Of a stretch of DNA of 64,000 nt, positions 39,911-50,363 are shown piece after piece (positions within the stretch are counted from its first letter, which is position 1; each line of letters begins with the position of its first letter). The notes under the pieces are model-generated. The model was not told where the DNA came from, did no database searches, and was given only the letters and a program-made list of their open reading frames with translations. Both the position numbers and the translations under genes were made by a program. The stretch spans positions 828,300 to 892,299 of the forward strand of contig OZ241989.1 of the NCBI GenBank assembly GCA_965204495.1. Direction: 5' to 3'. Origin of the DNA: Candidatus Hopanoidivoransaceae bacterium (lineage in GTDB: Bacteria > Actinomycetota > Acidimicrobiia > Acidimicrobiales > Hopanoidiivorantaceae).

Positions 39911-41437
39911 ATGAACACCAGCAGCACTTCCTCCCCCCTCAACACCAATACAGCGTTGGGGAAATCCGCCCCCCTGAAGCTCAGCCTGGATCCTGAGCAG
40001 CTTGCCAGCTGCACAGCGTGCGGAATGTGCCTGCCCCACTGCCCCACCTACAGGGTCACAGGCGAAGAGGCGGCATCCCCGAGAGGCAGGCTCGCCTTGA
40101 TGTCGGCAGTTCAGAAATCGGGAGTAGCCGAGCCGTCTTTCGCTTCCCATATGGAGCTTTGCGTTCTGTGCCGAGGATGCGAAACAGCTTGCCCTGCTGG
40201 AGTCCCCTTCGGGCATCTCATGGAGCAGACAAGAGAAGCTTTAACAGAGCAATCGGTGAACACTAAACCCTTTAGACAACCGCGCAAATTCTTCCAGAGA
40301 AAGACCGAGAACGAACGCACTAAGCATCAACAAAAGCAAACCCACTCTTCTTCACCTATATGGCTGCGCTTCGGCTACAAGCTGCTACCCCATCGCAGGC
40401 TGCTGCGCAGTGCTGTGGCGATGGGGGCAGTCGCTCAACGCCTGCGACTTGTTCCGAAAAAGCTCAACCTGCCAGCAATTCCGCTCCGCCAAGGCAAACT
40501 TCGTCCGTCTGGCAACCCCAGCCGCAAAAGCAGCAGACCTAACAGCACAATTGGCAGCGGCAACAACAACATAGGCAAAAGCGACCCCAGCCGCAGCAGC
40601 CCAAGCAGTGACAAAGGCACCGTCTGGCTTTTCACAGGCTGCATTATGGATGCTGCCATGCGAGATGTGCATCACGCTTCACAAAAGGTGTTGGAAGCCA
40701 CTGGCACAAAAGTCAGCTTCCCCAACAGCAAAGCAAACTGCTGCGGCTCGCTCCACCGCCACGCTGGTCTGGCAAAGGATGCCGCTAAGCTAGCCCGTCG
40801 CACAATCACAGCTTTCCCGGGCGATGCTCCCATACTTGTTAACTCGGCAGGCTGCGGTGCAGTGCTCAAGGATTACGGCAATACCCTCCAAACAGAAGAA
40901 GCTCGCAAGTTCAGCAGCCGCGTCAAAGACATTCACGAGTGGCTGTCTGGGCATGAGTTGCCACAAGTCATGACCGAAACCTCCACTGCTTCCACAGTCA
41001 CTTCAGATGTCGCAACCGCTTCAGAAACCGTAGCCTCCCAGCCAGCCGCATCCCCTGCCAACACTACTGCATTACACTCAAGCACTGCAGCCTCAAAGCC
41101 CTATGTCACCAAACCTAAAGTCGCTGTTCTTGACCCATGCCACCTGCGCCATGCCCAAGGCGTGCATAATTCAGTCCGCGAAACCCTCCAGCCCTATGCT
41201 GAAATCGCCGAGTTAGACGATCAGGGCATGTGCTGCGGTGCAGGCGGGGCTTACTCCTTCACCCATCCAGATGTAGCCACCGCTATCCGCAACCGCAAAA
41301 TAGAAGCCATCCAACGCAGCGGCGCAACCCAAGTGGCAGCCGCCAACCCCGGATGCATACTCCACCTCCAAAAACCCCTCCAAGCCCTAGGCATCTCCAT
41401 CATCCATCCCGTTGAAATAATCGGCGACCATATCTAG
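39911..41437 (+). CDS. glcF: Glycolate oxidase Fe-S subunit GlcF-like
   Basis: CTACGMCLPHCPTY, CVLCRGCETACP, CCG motifs, ANPGC. Confidence 0.88.
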   Translation: MNTSSTSSPLNTNTALGKSAPLKLSLDPEQLASCTACGMCLPHCPTYRVTGEEAASPRGRLALMSAVQKSGVAEPSFASHMELCVLCRGCETACPAGVPFGHLMEQTREALTEQSVNTKPFRQPRKFFQRKTENERTKHQQKQTHSSSPIWLRFGYKLLPHRRLLRSAVAMGAVAQRLRLVPKKLNLPAIPLRQGKLRPSGNPSRKSSRPNSTIGSGNNNIGKSDPSRSSPSSDKGTVWLFTGCIMDAAMRDVHHASQKVLEATGTKVSFPNSKANCCGSLHRHAGLAKDAAKLARRTITAFPGDAPILVNSAGCGAVLKDYGNTLQTEEARKFSSRVKDIHEWLSGHELPQVMTETSTASTVTSDVATASETVASQPAASPANTTALHSSTAASKPYVTKPKVAVLDPCHLRHAQGVHNSVRETLQPYAEIAELDDQGMCCGAGGAYSFTHPDVATAIRNRKIEAIQRSGATQVAAANPGCILHLQKPLQALGISIIHPVEIIGDHI

Positions 41438-41450
41438 AGATAAAAGCATC

Positions 41451-41542
41451 TGGCGGAGGGAGTGGGATTTGAACCCACGAGACCCCGCAAAGGGCCTAAC
41501 GGTTTTCAAGACCGTCGCATTCGTCCGCTCTGCCATCCCTCC
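41451..41542 (-). tRNA. tRNA-Ser(TGA)
   Basis: Reverse complement GGAGGGATGGCAGAGCGG...ACGGT-CTTGAAA-ACCGT...GGTTCAAATCC...CCTCCGCCA. Confidence 0.96.
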
Positions 41543-41711
41543 TTGCGGCTTCAGGCTACCAAGAGAGTTCAAGAACTCCCACTTCGCCGAGTGCTCTATC
41601 CTCCCTCACACTTATCACCCCCCCCCTGCTCAGCTCAAACCTCTGGCACAGACTTGCTAGCAAAGGCGAGCCAGCATAGTGAAGACGCGAGCCAGCACAG
41701 CCAGACCAACA

Positions 41712-42590
41712 TCACACAGGCTCGGCTACTGGGTATGAACCTAGGAATTTGATGTCGGCGTGGTGGGTGCGGATGGCTTCTAGGCAGTGGGCCACATGCG
41801 ACTCTTCGGCGTGACCCAAAAAATCAACTATGAAGCAGTATTCGCCTAGGGCTTTCTTGGTGGGGCGCGATTGCAGCTTGGTGAGGTCAATTGACTGGTC
41901 TGCGAACTCTTGGAGTATGCCCAACAGCGAACCCGGCTTGTTCTCACGCTGGAAGACCACCAGCGAGGTCTTGTCGCTGCCGGTCGGGGCGGGCACGCTG
42001 CCTTTGGCAACGGCCACGAAGCGAGTCTGGTTGCCGTGGTGGTCTTGCACTCCTTCTCGCAGAACCGAGAGGCTGTGAATCTCGCCTGCGAGCCTCGTGC
42101 CGATGGCAGCACGAGCGGCATCGCCCGATGCCACGACCAATTCGGCGGCTTCGGCTGTGGAGTTGGCTGTGGTCTGTTTCACCATCGGCAAGTGCTGGTG
42201 CAGAAACTCTCGGCACTGCCCGAACGCATGAGGATACGACAGCACTTCTCTGACGCCGCCCATCTCCGCGCCCGCCAGCCCCAGCAGGTGAAGCTCAATC
42301 GGCATGACCACTTCACGCTGGATGAGCAAGTCGGCTTCAAATGCCAGCACATCCAATGTGGCATTCACCGAGCCCTCTATGGAGTTCTCAATCGCAGCAA
42401 ACGCCAGCGGCACTTCTCCCCGCTCGGCGCACATCAAAGCATCGGTTATAGACGGCATTCTGCGGTGCTCGGCAGCGGCCAAGTCGCTCTGCGTGAGCAA
42501 GGCTTGCTCAGTGAAAGTGCCAGACGGCCCGAGGTATGCCACCTCGCTGATGTCTGCGTTCATTTGCGAATTTTCCGCCGATTTTGCCAT
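41712..42590 (-). CDS. pheA: Prephenate dehydratase
   Basis: AYLGPSGTFTEQA, IENSIEGSV, NQTRF, NKPGSL, LTKLQSRP, KFLGSYP. Confidence 0.95.
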   Translation of the reverse strand: MAKSAENSQMNADISEVAYLGPSGTFTEQALLTQSDLAAAEHRRMPSITDALMCAERGEVPLAFAAIENSIEGSVNATLDVLAFEADLLIQREVVMPIELHLLGLAGAEMGGVREVLSYPHAFGQCREFLHQHLPMVKQTTANSTAEAAELVVASGDAARAAIGTRLAGEIHSLSVLREGVQDHHGNQTRFVAVAKGSVPAPTGSDKTSLVVFQRENKPGSLLGILQEFADQSIDLTKLQSRPTKKALGEYCFIVDFLGHAEESHVAHCLEAIRTHHADIKFLGSYPVAEPV

Positions 42591-42641
42591 TCTGCGAATT
42601 CTATCTTTGGGAATGCAGCACTCAGCAGGCATTATTAAAGA

Positions 42642-43589
42642 GTGGGAAATGACATGCAAGCTACTCAGATTGCGCAGACTGCTGAGATGAATGGCCGAAC
42701 TGCACAAACGAACGGCCGTGCGATGGGCGACCCAAGGGCAAGCCACAGCGACATGAGGCCAAGCAAATCATCTCATCTCAGCGAGTTCGCCCAGCTTGAT
42801 GTGAGGCGCAAGGAGCGCATAGGCATCGCCGAAGCTGTTTATGCGCCCGGCAAGACGCCGCAGCAGTGCGCCGACATCGTGTCTGCGCTTTTGGCAGAGT
42901 TAGACGGCGCGCCCGGCCCTGTTCTGCTGAGCCGACCAGACGAACACCAGGCAGCAGCGGCTCTGGAAGCGTGCCCCGGCGGAGAAGTTCGCGAGCGTCT
43001 GATCTTCTGGAATCCGTTGCCGCAATTTGCTGCTGGGCGAACCACCGAAGAAATCGTCATCGCCACTGCTGGCACGGGCGATTTGCCTCCTGCAAAAGAA
43101 TGCCAAGCTGTGCTGGAGGCTTACGGCATCGCCGCCGAGCTCATCTGCGATGTGGGCGTGGCTGGCATTCATCGCACCCTCGGCGCAGCCGACCAGTTCC
43201 AAGATGCTGCGGCTGTGGTCGTGGTGGCAGGCATGGAAGGCGCATTGGCCAGCGTGGTTGGCGGGCTGACGCCAGCCCCGATAATAGCTGTGCCCTCCAG
43301 CGTGGGCTACGGATCGTCACTGGAGGGAGTTACGGCCCTTCTTGCCATGCTCTCTTCATGCGCTCCAGGGGTGACAGTGGTCGGCATAGACAACGGCTTC
43401 GGCGCAGCCTGCGCTGTGCTTCGCTTGCTGCGGACAGACCGCTCTGCTTCCGTCAGCCATTCTGTTTCTGCCAACCATTCCGCCCCCGCCAACCATTCCG
43501 CCCCTGCCAACCATTCCGCTCCAGCCAGCCACTCTGCCCCCGCCGATCACCCAGCCAACCACTCCGCTTTTTCTGGGAGCCGACCATGA
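42642..43589 (+). CDS. larB: NPN cofactor carboxylase LarB (start uncertain, possibly ~42753); SAPANH-repeat tail
   Basis: LD..R.ERIGIAEAVYAPGKT, AGTGD, DVGVAGIHR, AGMEGAL, VPSSVGYG, VVGIDNGFGAA. Confidence 0.92.
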   Translation: MGNDMQATQIAQTAEMNGRTAQTNGRAMGDPRASHSDMRPSKSSHLSEFAQLDVRRKERIGIAEAVYAPGKTPQQCADIVSALLAELDGAPGPVLLSRPDEHQAAAALEACPGGEVRERLIFWNPLPQFAAGRTTEEIVIATAGTGDLPPAKECQAVLEAYGIAAELICDVGVAGIHRTLGAADQFQDAAAVVVVAGMEGALASVVGGLTPAPIIAVPSSVGYGSSLEGVTALLAMLSSCAPGVTVVGIDNGFGAACAVLRLLRTDRSASVSHSVSANHSAPANHSAPANHSAPASHSAPADHPANHSAFSGSRP

Positions 43590-44866
43590 CAAACGACCAA
43601 TCCGCCCACATCGTCTGGTTCCACTGCTTCTCCGGCATCGCTGGCGATATGGCCCTCGGCGCGCTCATAGACGCCGGCGCCGACATAGACGAAGTCCGCT
43701 CAATGTGCGAGCGAATCCCCATAGACGGCTGGAGCTTGGAAGCCCATTCAACCATGAGAGGCGGCATAGCGGCCACCAAAGTTTCGGTCTTGGCGGAAGA
43801 GACTACGGTCGTCCGCACTGTCCGCCACATCACCGGCTTGCTGGAAGAAGCCCGTCTGCCCGAAAGGGTGCGCCAGCGTTCCCTCTCGGCCTTCAACATG
43901 ATCGCCCAAGCCGAAGGCAGGCTTCACAACAAGCCCCCTTCGCAAGTCCATCTTCACGAAGTCGGCAGCCTTGACGCCATCGTTGACATCGTCGGCACCA
44001 GCAGCGCGCTTGAAGTGCTCGGCATCGGAGATGTGTTTTCCAGCCCTGTGGCGCAAGGCATGGGCATGATACGCAGCACGCACGGACTGATTCCCAACCC
44101 TCCGCCCGCCGTTACCGAGATACTTCAAGGCGTGCCGACTTTCGGCTTGGACATCGCCGCCGAAATGACCACCCCCACAGGCGCAGCCCTCATCGCCAGC
44201 GTCGCTACCAGCTTCGGCCCCATGCCGCCCATGAAAGTAGAAGCCAGCGGTTTCGGCGCGGGCACCCGCGAGCTGGAAGATCGCCCGAACCTCACGCAAG
44301 TCGTGCTCGGTCAGGCGGCTTCGCTGGCCGATCCGGGCCAGCCCGTGATGCTGCTGGAAACCAACATTGACGATGCCACCGGCGAAACGCTCGCTCACGC
44401 CATAGGTGCCCTCTTGGAAGCCGGCGCCCACGATGCCTGGCTCACTCCCATCCAGATGAAGAAGGGGCGACCAGCCCACAAAGTGAGCGCGCTTGCCGAT
44501 GTCGCACTGGCCAAGCAAGTGATGCGCACGATGATTGACGAGACAGGCACTCTGGGCGTGAGAGCCCAGCAGGTAGAACGCTGGCCGCAAGCTCGCGTGG
44601 AAGAGTTCGTGGAGATAGCCGGGCAGCCCGTGCGGGTGAAAGTGTCGGCGGGGCGCACGAAGGTAGAGATGGAAGACGCTGCGAATGTGGCTCGCACCAC
44701 AGGCCGCCCCGTGCGAGAAGTGATTTCTTTGGCAGAGGCAGCCTGGCGGAGAAAGTCGTTCGGCGGCGATCTGGCCGGCGGCGGCTTGCCCAGCCAAGAC
44801 GGCCCGTCAGGCAGTCCCCCCGGCGATTCCCCCGCGTGGCAGCCCGAACCAGACGAAACCGCCTGA
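43586..44866 (+). CDS. larC: Nickel insertase LarC
   Basis: CFSGIAGDMALGAL, VHLHEVGSLDAIVD, PPPAV, TPTGAA, LETNIDD, MKKGRP; ATGA overlap with larB. Confidence 0.93.
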   Translation: MTNDQSAHIVWFHCFSGIAGDMALGALIDAGADIDEVRSMCERIPIDGWSLEAHSTMRGGIAATKVSVLAEETTVVRTVRHITGLLEEARLPERVRQRSLSAFNMIAQAEGRLHNKPPSQVHLHEVGSLDAIVDIVGTSSALEVLGIGDVFSSPVAQGMGMIRSTHGLIPNPPPAVTEILQGVPTFGLDIAAEMTTPTGAALIASVATSFGPMPPMKVEASGFGAGTRELEDRPNLTQVVLGQAASLADPGQPVMLLETNIDDATGETLAHAIGALLEAGAHDAWLTPIQMKKGRPAHKVSALADVALAKQVMRTMIDETGTLGVRAQQVERWPQARVEEFVEIAGQPVRVKVSAGRTKVEMEDAANVARTTGRPVREVISLAEAAWRRKSFGGDLAGGGLPSQDGPSGSPPGDSPAWQPEPDETA

Positions 44867-44902
44867 GCCGATAAACCGCCTGAGCCCGCAGAGCCTAAAC
44901 CC

Positions 44903-45616
44903 ATGCACGACCGCCTCTATTTCCGCCAGCTGCTCTCAGGCAGAGACTTCGCCCAAGGCGATCCGATGGCCCGTCAGATGGTCAACTTCGTCTATCTGGT
45001 GGGCGACCGCGAAACAGGCGAAGCCATGGTCATAGACCCCGCCTACGACCCGCAAGGCATCTTAGACATCGTGGAAGCCGACGGCATGAAGCTCACCGGC
45101 GCGCTAGCCACCCATTACCATCCCGATCATGTGGGCGGCAACATGATGGGCTGGTCGATCGTGGGCATCAAAGAGCTGCTGGATATCGTCCAAGTGCCGA
45201 TAATCGTGCAGAAAGACGAAGCCGACCTAGTAGCCAAGACCACCGATGTCTCCCGCTCGCACATGCAAGAATGCTCCAGCGGCGACACCGTATCGGTAGG
45301 CAGCATCCCCATAGAGCTGATCCACACCCCCGGCCACACCCCCGGCAGCCAATGCTTCCTGGTAGACAACTGCCTGTTGGCCGGCGACACCCTCTTCCTA
45401 GAAGGCTGCGGCCGCACCGACCTCCCCGGTAGCGACCCAGCAGCAATGTACGAAAGCCTGACCAGCCGCCTAGCCCATGTTCCCGACCAGACCGTCTTGT
45501 ACCCCGGCCATTTCTATTCCGCCGACTCCTCCGCCTCCCTAGGCCACACCCGCCAGCACAACTTCGTCTTCGCCCCCCGCACCCCCCAACAATGGCTAGC
45601 AATGTTCGGCGGATAA
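44903..45616 (+). CDS. MBL-fold metallo-hydrolase (glyoxalase II-like)
   Basis: THYHPDHVGG, HTPGHTPGS, GDTLF..GCGRTD, YPGH. Confidence 0.9.
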   Translation: MHDRLYFRQLLSGRDFAQGDPMARQMVNFVYLVGDRETGEAMVIDPAYDPQGILDIVEADGMKLTGALATHYHPDHVGGNMMGWSIVGIKELLDIVQVPIIVQKDEADLVAKTTDVSRSHMQECSSGDTVSVGSIPIELIHTPGHTPGSQCFLVDNCLLAGDTLFLEGCGRTDLPGSDPAAMYESLTSRLAHVPDQTVLYPGHFYSADSSASLGHTRQHNFVFAPRTPQQWLAMFGG

Positions 45617-45715
45617 CCAGTTTGATCCAAAGAATGTGCTAAATTTCAAGTATGCAGATGAACAGACCAGCCTCAAAGCCAATCAGCATCGCAGTCGCAC
45701 CCCAAGGAGAATATC

Positions 45716-48502
45716 ATGGATGATCGCGAGTTATTGCTGGCAGAACTTTCACTCAGGATTGCTAAAGCATCTTCCAGCATAGTAACCCTAGAGAAAGAGT
45801 CACCGGTATATCATTCTGATCTTGTGGCTGGCAGATCACCTTCTGCGAATCAAACAGAAGAGCTGGTCCGCGCCTTATACATACACTATCTGGTGCACGA
45901 TCTTGGCTATGCTCCAGAACTCATATCAATGGAACACCCAGTTCCGGCTAAAACAGGGCGAGGACAAGGGGATAAATATGTTGATATTGTTATATGGAAA
46001 GAAAAATCTGGACAAGCATCCAATTGTTTCTGCCTATTGGAAATAAAAACGCCGGATGCATATTATCAAGAACACAAAGATGCTTGGGAGGGACAGCTCT
46101 TTGGGATATCAGAATTTATTGATCCTAGACCCTCATGTTTAGCTTACGGGACCTGGCAGTCAGAGCCAAGTGGGTTAGGCGTGCCTATACTGGAAGTTGT
46201 TGATTCTTCAATGTGGCATTCATACAAAGAATGGAATAGTAATAACCAACCAATTAAGTCTGATGTCATTCCAAAAAACTACGATAAACCAATTAAATCT
46301 TCATATATTTATGGCAGTCCAGTAAAAGATCTAAAGCGAGATATGGATGAGAGGGAGGCTACCTTTTTGCAAAGACACCTTCATAATGTTTTATGGGGAG
46401 GCGGGGGTTCCACTGATTCTGACATATTCAACCTACTGACTAGACTGATTTTTGCGAAAGCATTCGATGAGATGACTGCATCGCCGGGCGAAGAATATCA
46501 ATTTCAGACAAAAGAAGGAGAAACTTTAGAATCCACTCTTATGAGAATAACTGATTTATACCAAGAGGCTTTAATAAAGCGACTTTCTTATCCTGAAGAA
46601 GTAGCAACTAATAGACCTATAAGGGAAGCTGGAAAGGGAACTGAAGCACAAATACGCTTTGCTATTGAACAATTAGAAAAATATCACCTAACAGACCTTG
46701 CTAATTCGTCTGCAACGCCTGATCTATTGGGTGGTCTTTTTGAATACATAATGCGAACAGGCTTTAAGCAGTCAAAAGGCCAGTTTTTTACACATCCGAA
46801 CATTGCTAAGTTTTTAGTTGACATTCTTCAGATTGGAGAGCAATCTGTAAAATATATTGATTCTGGCAAGGAACTACCAAAAATAATGGATCCATCAGCA
46901 GGAGCAGGTACTTTTTTAATTGCTGCAATGAATTCTATATCTGAGAAAGTAAGAGAGTATGAAAGAGATAATAGAGGGAACATGAGTCAGTTAAGTAAAC
47001 AAGTATTGTCTTCCTTAATTGATCAGCCAAGGCGCAATGAATGGGCAAAAAATACTTGCTATGGTATTGAACTTAATTCTGATTTAGGGTTAGCCGCACA
47101 GGTGAATATGTTTGTTCACGGAGACGGTTCGTCCTCTATTTTCACTGGGCAAGAAGAAGGAGATGGTCTTGCGTCCTTCTCTTCTTACACCCGAAAAGAT
47201 ATTTTATTATCCAGCGAACTTCAAGATTATCAATTCCCGGTGTCAGAAACATTTGATTTCGTCGTTACTAATCCTCCTTTTTCAGTGAAATTCACGGATA
47301 GTCAGATGGAAAAATACAGGAAATCTTTTGGCCTTGCATCAGAAACACAGAACAGCGAAGAATTGTTTATTGAACGCTGGTTTCAGCTACTTAAACCAGG
47401 CGGAAGATTAGGAGCAGTTGTGCCGAACAGTCTATTAGATTCTAGAAGTGAAACACCTGCACGCAATTTTCTATTGAGACATTTTTGGATCAAAGCCATC
47501 ATATCATTACCTTCTGATGCGTTTTATCCTCATACTATGACAAAAACTTCTTTGCTTATTGCCGAGAAAAAAGATAACAATACTTTTAAGTCTCGTAGCT
47601 CCATGCCACTTGAAAAACTCTTGAAAGGAAATGGCGAGATAGTTTTTGGTCAAGTCTCATATCTTGGTTATCAGCGCACAGCAAAAGGTGAAAAAGAAGA
47701 TCAAAAAAATGACTTAAACGCTATTTTAACTGAAACTGAAACATTGAACTTGTGGAATTCAAAATTATCTGAAATAGATAGTAAAATTCTAAAGGTAGTT
47801 CCTTCTGATGCAATACCAACAAAACCAACTGTCAGACTGGATGCAGAATATGCTTTACAACAATCATTGATATCTAGTCCTATGACAATAAATGAAATAT
47901 TTGTTCTATCTGAATTCCCTGAGATTGACTCAGAACCAAATGATATCTATAATTATTGCGAAATTGGCGATATAGATCGCATGGGTTTAGCCTCTCCAAG
48001 AATAATTGACCCATCAACACAAGATGATAATCCAGAAATGCGAAAGCAGATTGATCGTATCCGAAAGAAAGTTCAACAAGGGAAAGCGATGAAACCAGAT
48101 AGCTGGTGTATCCTAGTACCTAAAACTCGGCCATATCTCAAAAAGTTCGCTATTGTCAATGGTAAAGAAAACTCATATTTTACTACTGATTTTTTTGTTC
48201 TGAAACCAGGAAACCAGCTTATTGAACATTGCAATAAAAATGAAGAAGATGCTACATGCTTGTTGTTGCTTCTGTTAAAAGGAGAGTTGAATTCACTATT
48301 GACTTCTCTTTCAAGATGGGGAAAATCATATCCAACTCTTCACAAGGACGATCTGTCTAGTGCTTATATAGATCAACAAGTTTTTGAAAAGATGCTTACA
48401 TCAGAGGTTATCTATGATGCTAAACTAGTCAGAGAAAAGGTAGAGGCAAGTATAGAAGCGAGAAATAATTTATTGCGCATAATTCAGCGTGTCGAAGGAT
48501 AA
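45716..48502 (+). CDS. Fused restriction-modification protein (HsdR_N-like nuclease + N6-adenine MTase + putative TRD; type IIG-like)
   Basis: EELVRA...GY...VDIVI...LEIK nuclease motif; KGQFFTH, MDPSAGAGTF, NPPF; low GC; SD AAGGAG. Confidence 0.82.
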   Translation: MDDRELLLAELSLRIAKASSSIVTLEKESPVYHSDLVAGRSPSANQTEELVRALYIHYLVHDLGYAPELISMEHPVPAKTGRGQGDKYVDIVIWKEKSGQASNCFCLLEIKTPDAYYQEHKDAWEGQLFGISEFIDPRPSCLAYGTWQSEPSGLGVPILEVVDSSMWHSYKEWNSNNQPIKSDVIPKNYDKPIKSSYIYGSPVKDLKRDMDEREATFLQRHLHNVLWGGGGSTDSDIFNLLTRLIFAKAFDEMTASPGEEYQFQTKEGETLESTLMRITDLYQEALIKRLSYPEEVATNRPIREAGKGTEAQIRFAIEQLEKYHLTDLANSSATPDLLGGLFEYIMRTGFKQSKGQFFTHPNIAKFLVDILQIGEQSVKYIDSGKELPKIMDPSAGAGTFLIAAMNSISEKVREYERDNRGNMSQLSKQVLSSLIDQPRRNEWAKNTCYGIELNSDLGLAAQVNMFVHGDGSSSIFTGQEEGDGLASFSSYTRKDILLSSELQDYQFPVSETFDFVVTNPPFSVKFTDSQMEKYRKSFGLASETQNSEELFIERWFQLLKPGGRLGAVVPNSLLDSRSETPARNFLLRHFWIKAIISLPSDAFYPHTMTKTSLLIAEKKDNNTFKSRSSMPLEKLLKGNGEIVFGQVSYLGYQRTAKGEKEDQKNDLNAILTETETLNLWNSKLSEIDSKILKVVPSDAIPTKPTVRLDAEYALQQSLISSPMTINEIFVLSEFPEIDSEPNDIYNYCEIGDIDRMGLASPRIIDPSTQDDNPEMRKQIDRIRKKVQQGKAMKPDSWCILVPKTRPYLKKFAIVNGKENSYFTTDFFVLKPGNQLIEHCNKNEEDATCLLLLLLKGELNSLLTSLSRWGKSYPTLHKDDLSSAYIDQQVFEKMLTSEVIYDAKLVREKVEASIEARNNLLRIIQRVEG

Positions 48503-48543
48503 AAGATACTTATAATTGCAATTGATTTGCAGAAAATTGATAT

Positions 48544-49544
48544 TTAAGCAAAAAAGTTGTAGTCCCAATTCATTGATATGGGTGGCAGTTTTACTGAGTA
48601 GGCTCCAGGATACATATTGCCTCGAAAAAAATTAAGCAGGGGTATTGTTTTAGATTCTGGTAGTGAACTCCAATATGACGGGCGAAAAAGCAGACCGTCT
48701 CCATTGGTCAACAAAAACTTTGAAATTAATTGCTGTTTTTCTTCCAGAGTTCCATGAATTAATTTGCTGAAATCCTGTTTAAAAAGGTTATATTCACTTT
48801 CAAGCATTGACAGCACTACTAGAAGCTTCTCTTTTTCTATCAGAGGATAAATATTAATTTTCAAATTTATAGCATTATCAAGTAAGTTATGTGGATTTTC
48901 CATCATTGTCATACCAGTACTTAAGATAATGCCTTGCTGTTTTAGTGGAAATACCAGTATCATATGTCTCAATTTCCCCCAAGAACGGCTTTTTCTTATA
49001 TTTTTATAGTTCACCAATTGACTATCACCTGCATATTGCCTCATATCCAAATAATCCATATTTCCACGCATGGGCTTAAGCATGTCGGGAGGCAACTCTT
49101 TCTTGAATTTTTCAATGCTATGGTATTTATTCTCTTCTGACCAAACATTTCTTAACACCTGTCTAAAAGCCATGTAAAATAGCTCCTTGTTGTCACGCTT
49201 TTGTGGAATTTTATTGTCTACACATTGAAATATCTGATCATGCTCCCAACACAGGCCGGAGAATTGAGCTGCTGCAGAGATGTCTACTTCAGTTGGCTCA
49301 ATTGAAGGCATCGGTGTCCCTATATCATTTTTCCCAATTATTTTTGATTTAAACACGATAACTTTGCCGGACTCAGCTATAGTTTTAGACATCAGATTTC
49401 TTGACACAAAGTGGGCATTAATCGCCGGATTGCCACAGGGCTCAGGTTGTGGGAATACGCACTTTTCAAAGCTCCAGGTCCACTAAAGCGGACAGCCTTC
49501 AAAACTGTATTAAGGTGAGATTTGACTTCTTCGTCATTTGCCAT
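48544..49544 (-). pseudogene. Cys/His putative zinc-binding protein, frameshifted near 49485
   Basis: ATG 49544 gives MANDEEVKSHLNTVLKAVRF; a different frame continues WTWSFEKCVFPQPEPCGNPAINAHFVSRN...FSGLCWEHDQIF... to the stop at 48544. Confidence 0.6.
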
Positions 49545-49706
49545 GATAACATTCTATAAGCTGCGACAACTATTGAGAGTCAATTGTATCAGACGACAGT
49601 AAACAGAATGTCCCAATGTTTTCTTCAGAAAGCATAGGCGTTATATTAACCTGAGTTCCACTGCTTGCGACATAGATGCAGACAAGGCACCTGATGTTCA
49701 GACTGA

Positions 49707-49856
49707 CAGAGAAGAATCCTAAAGCGGCAATCAACCGTGTCGGCACTCCTAAATGACGCTGTGAAGGAAGGTCTCATTGTTGTGGCCAACCCGTCTGATG
49801 GCAAACGAAGTCGCCATTATCGGCCCTTTTGGGATCCACCTGAAACAGGATTTTAA
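49707..49856 (+). pseudogene. C-terminal remnant of an AlbA/Schlafen-HATPase_c_4 (RecG-C-like) ATP-binding protein
   Basis: KRQSTVSALLNDAVKEGLIVVANPSDGKRSRHYRPFWDPPETGF*; the YxPFW tail is typical of this family; upstream in-frame stop and no credible start. Confidence 0.5.
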
Positions 49857-49867
49857 TAGGCAGTTTG

Positions 49868-50010
49868 TTTAAGCCCATTTAAGAATTAGCCCCAAAAACC
49901 GCTTCACGAACCCCAAAAACCCTGAAAAATCAAGGATCGACACACCAGACTTTATTTAAGCCCATTTAAGAATCAGCCCCAAAAGCCCACTCGCGGAACC
50001 CGAAAACCCT
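49868..50010. repeat. About 56-bp imperfect direct repeat, period 87 bp, at the islet edge
   Basis: tttaagcccatttaagaat(t/c)agccccaaaa...aaaaccct at 49868 and 49955. Confidence 0.85.
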
Positions 50011-50235
50011 TCACTCCTTCCCCGTATCCCGTTCAAGCGGTGGGGGCAGAGCTCGCACCTTGTCGGCGTGACGCGGCACTAGACTGGAGGTAGCTAAAAT
50101 GTGCTTATGCTGATAACTACTGAGACATGCGACTGGCGCATGGCGTGTGCGAGGCGCAGGGCGTGCGCCCGGCGTGCCGCGTGCGAGAGATGCGCTTCGG
50201 GCGGCAGGTGCTGGGAGACATGCGGAAGGTGAGCG

Positions 50236-50323
<88 letters not shown>

Positions 50324-50363
50324 TAGGGTCGTTTTAGCTTAACTTGGGTCGCTTTAGTTTAAC

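Noticed and set aside
42866-43585. N-terminal extension of LarC (666-aa ORF) as a LarB-LarC fusion or frameshift product
   Set aside because: The extension is Arg-rich off-frame larB sequence; LarC has its own ATG at 43586 overlapping the larB stop.
49868-50010. Possible CRISPR repeat or att site
   Set aside because: Only two degenerate copies, no match to the tRNA-Leu 3' end, and no counterpart seen at the other islet edge.
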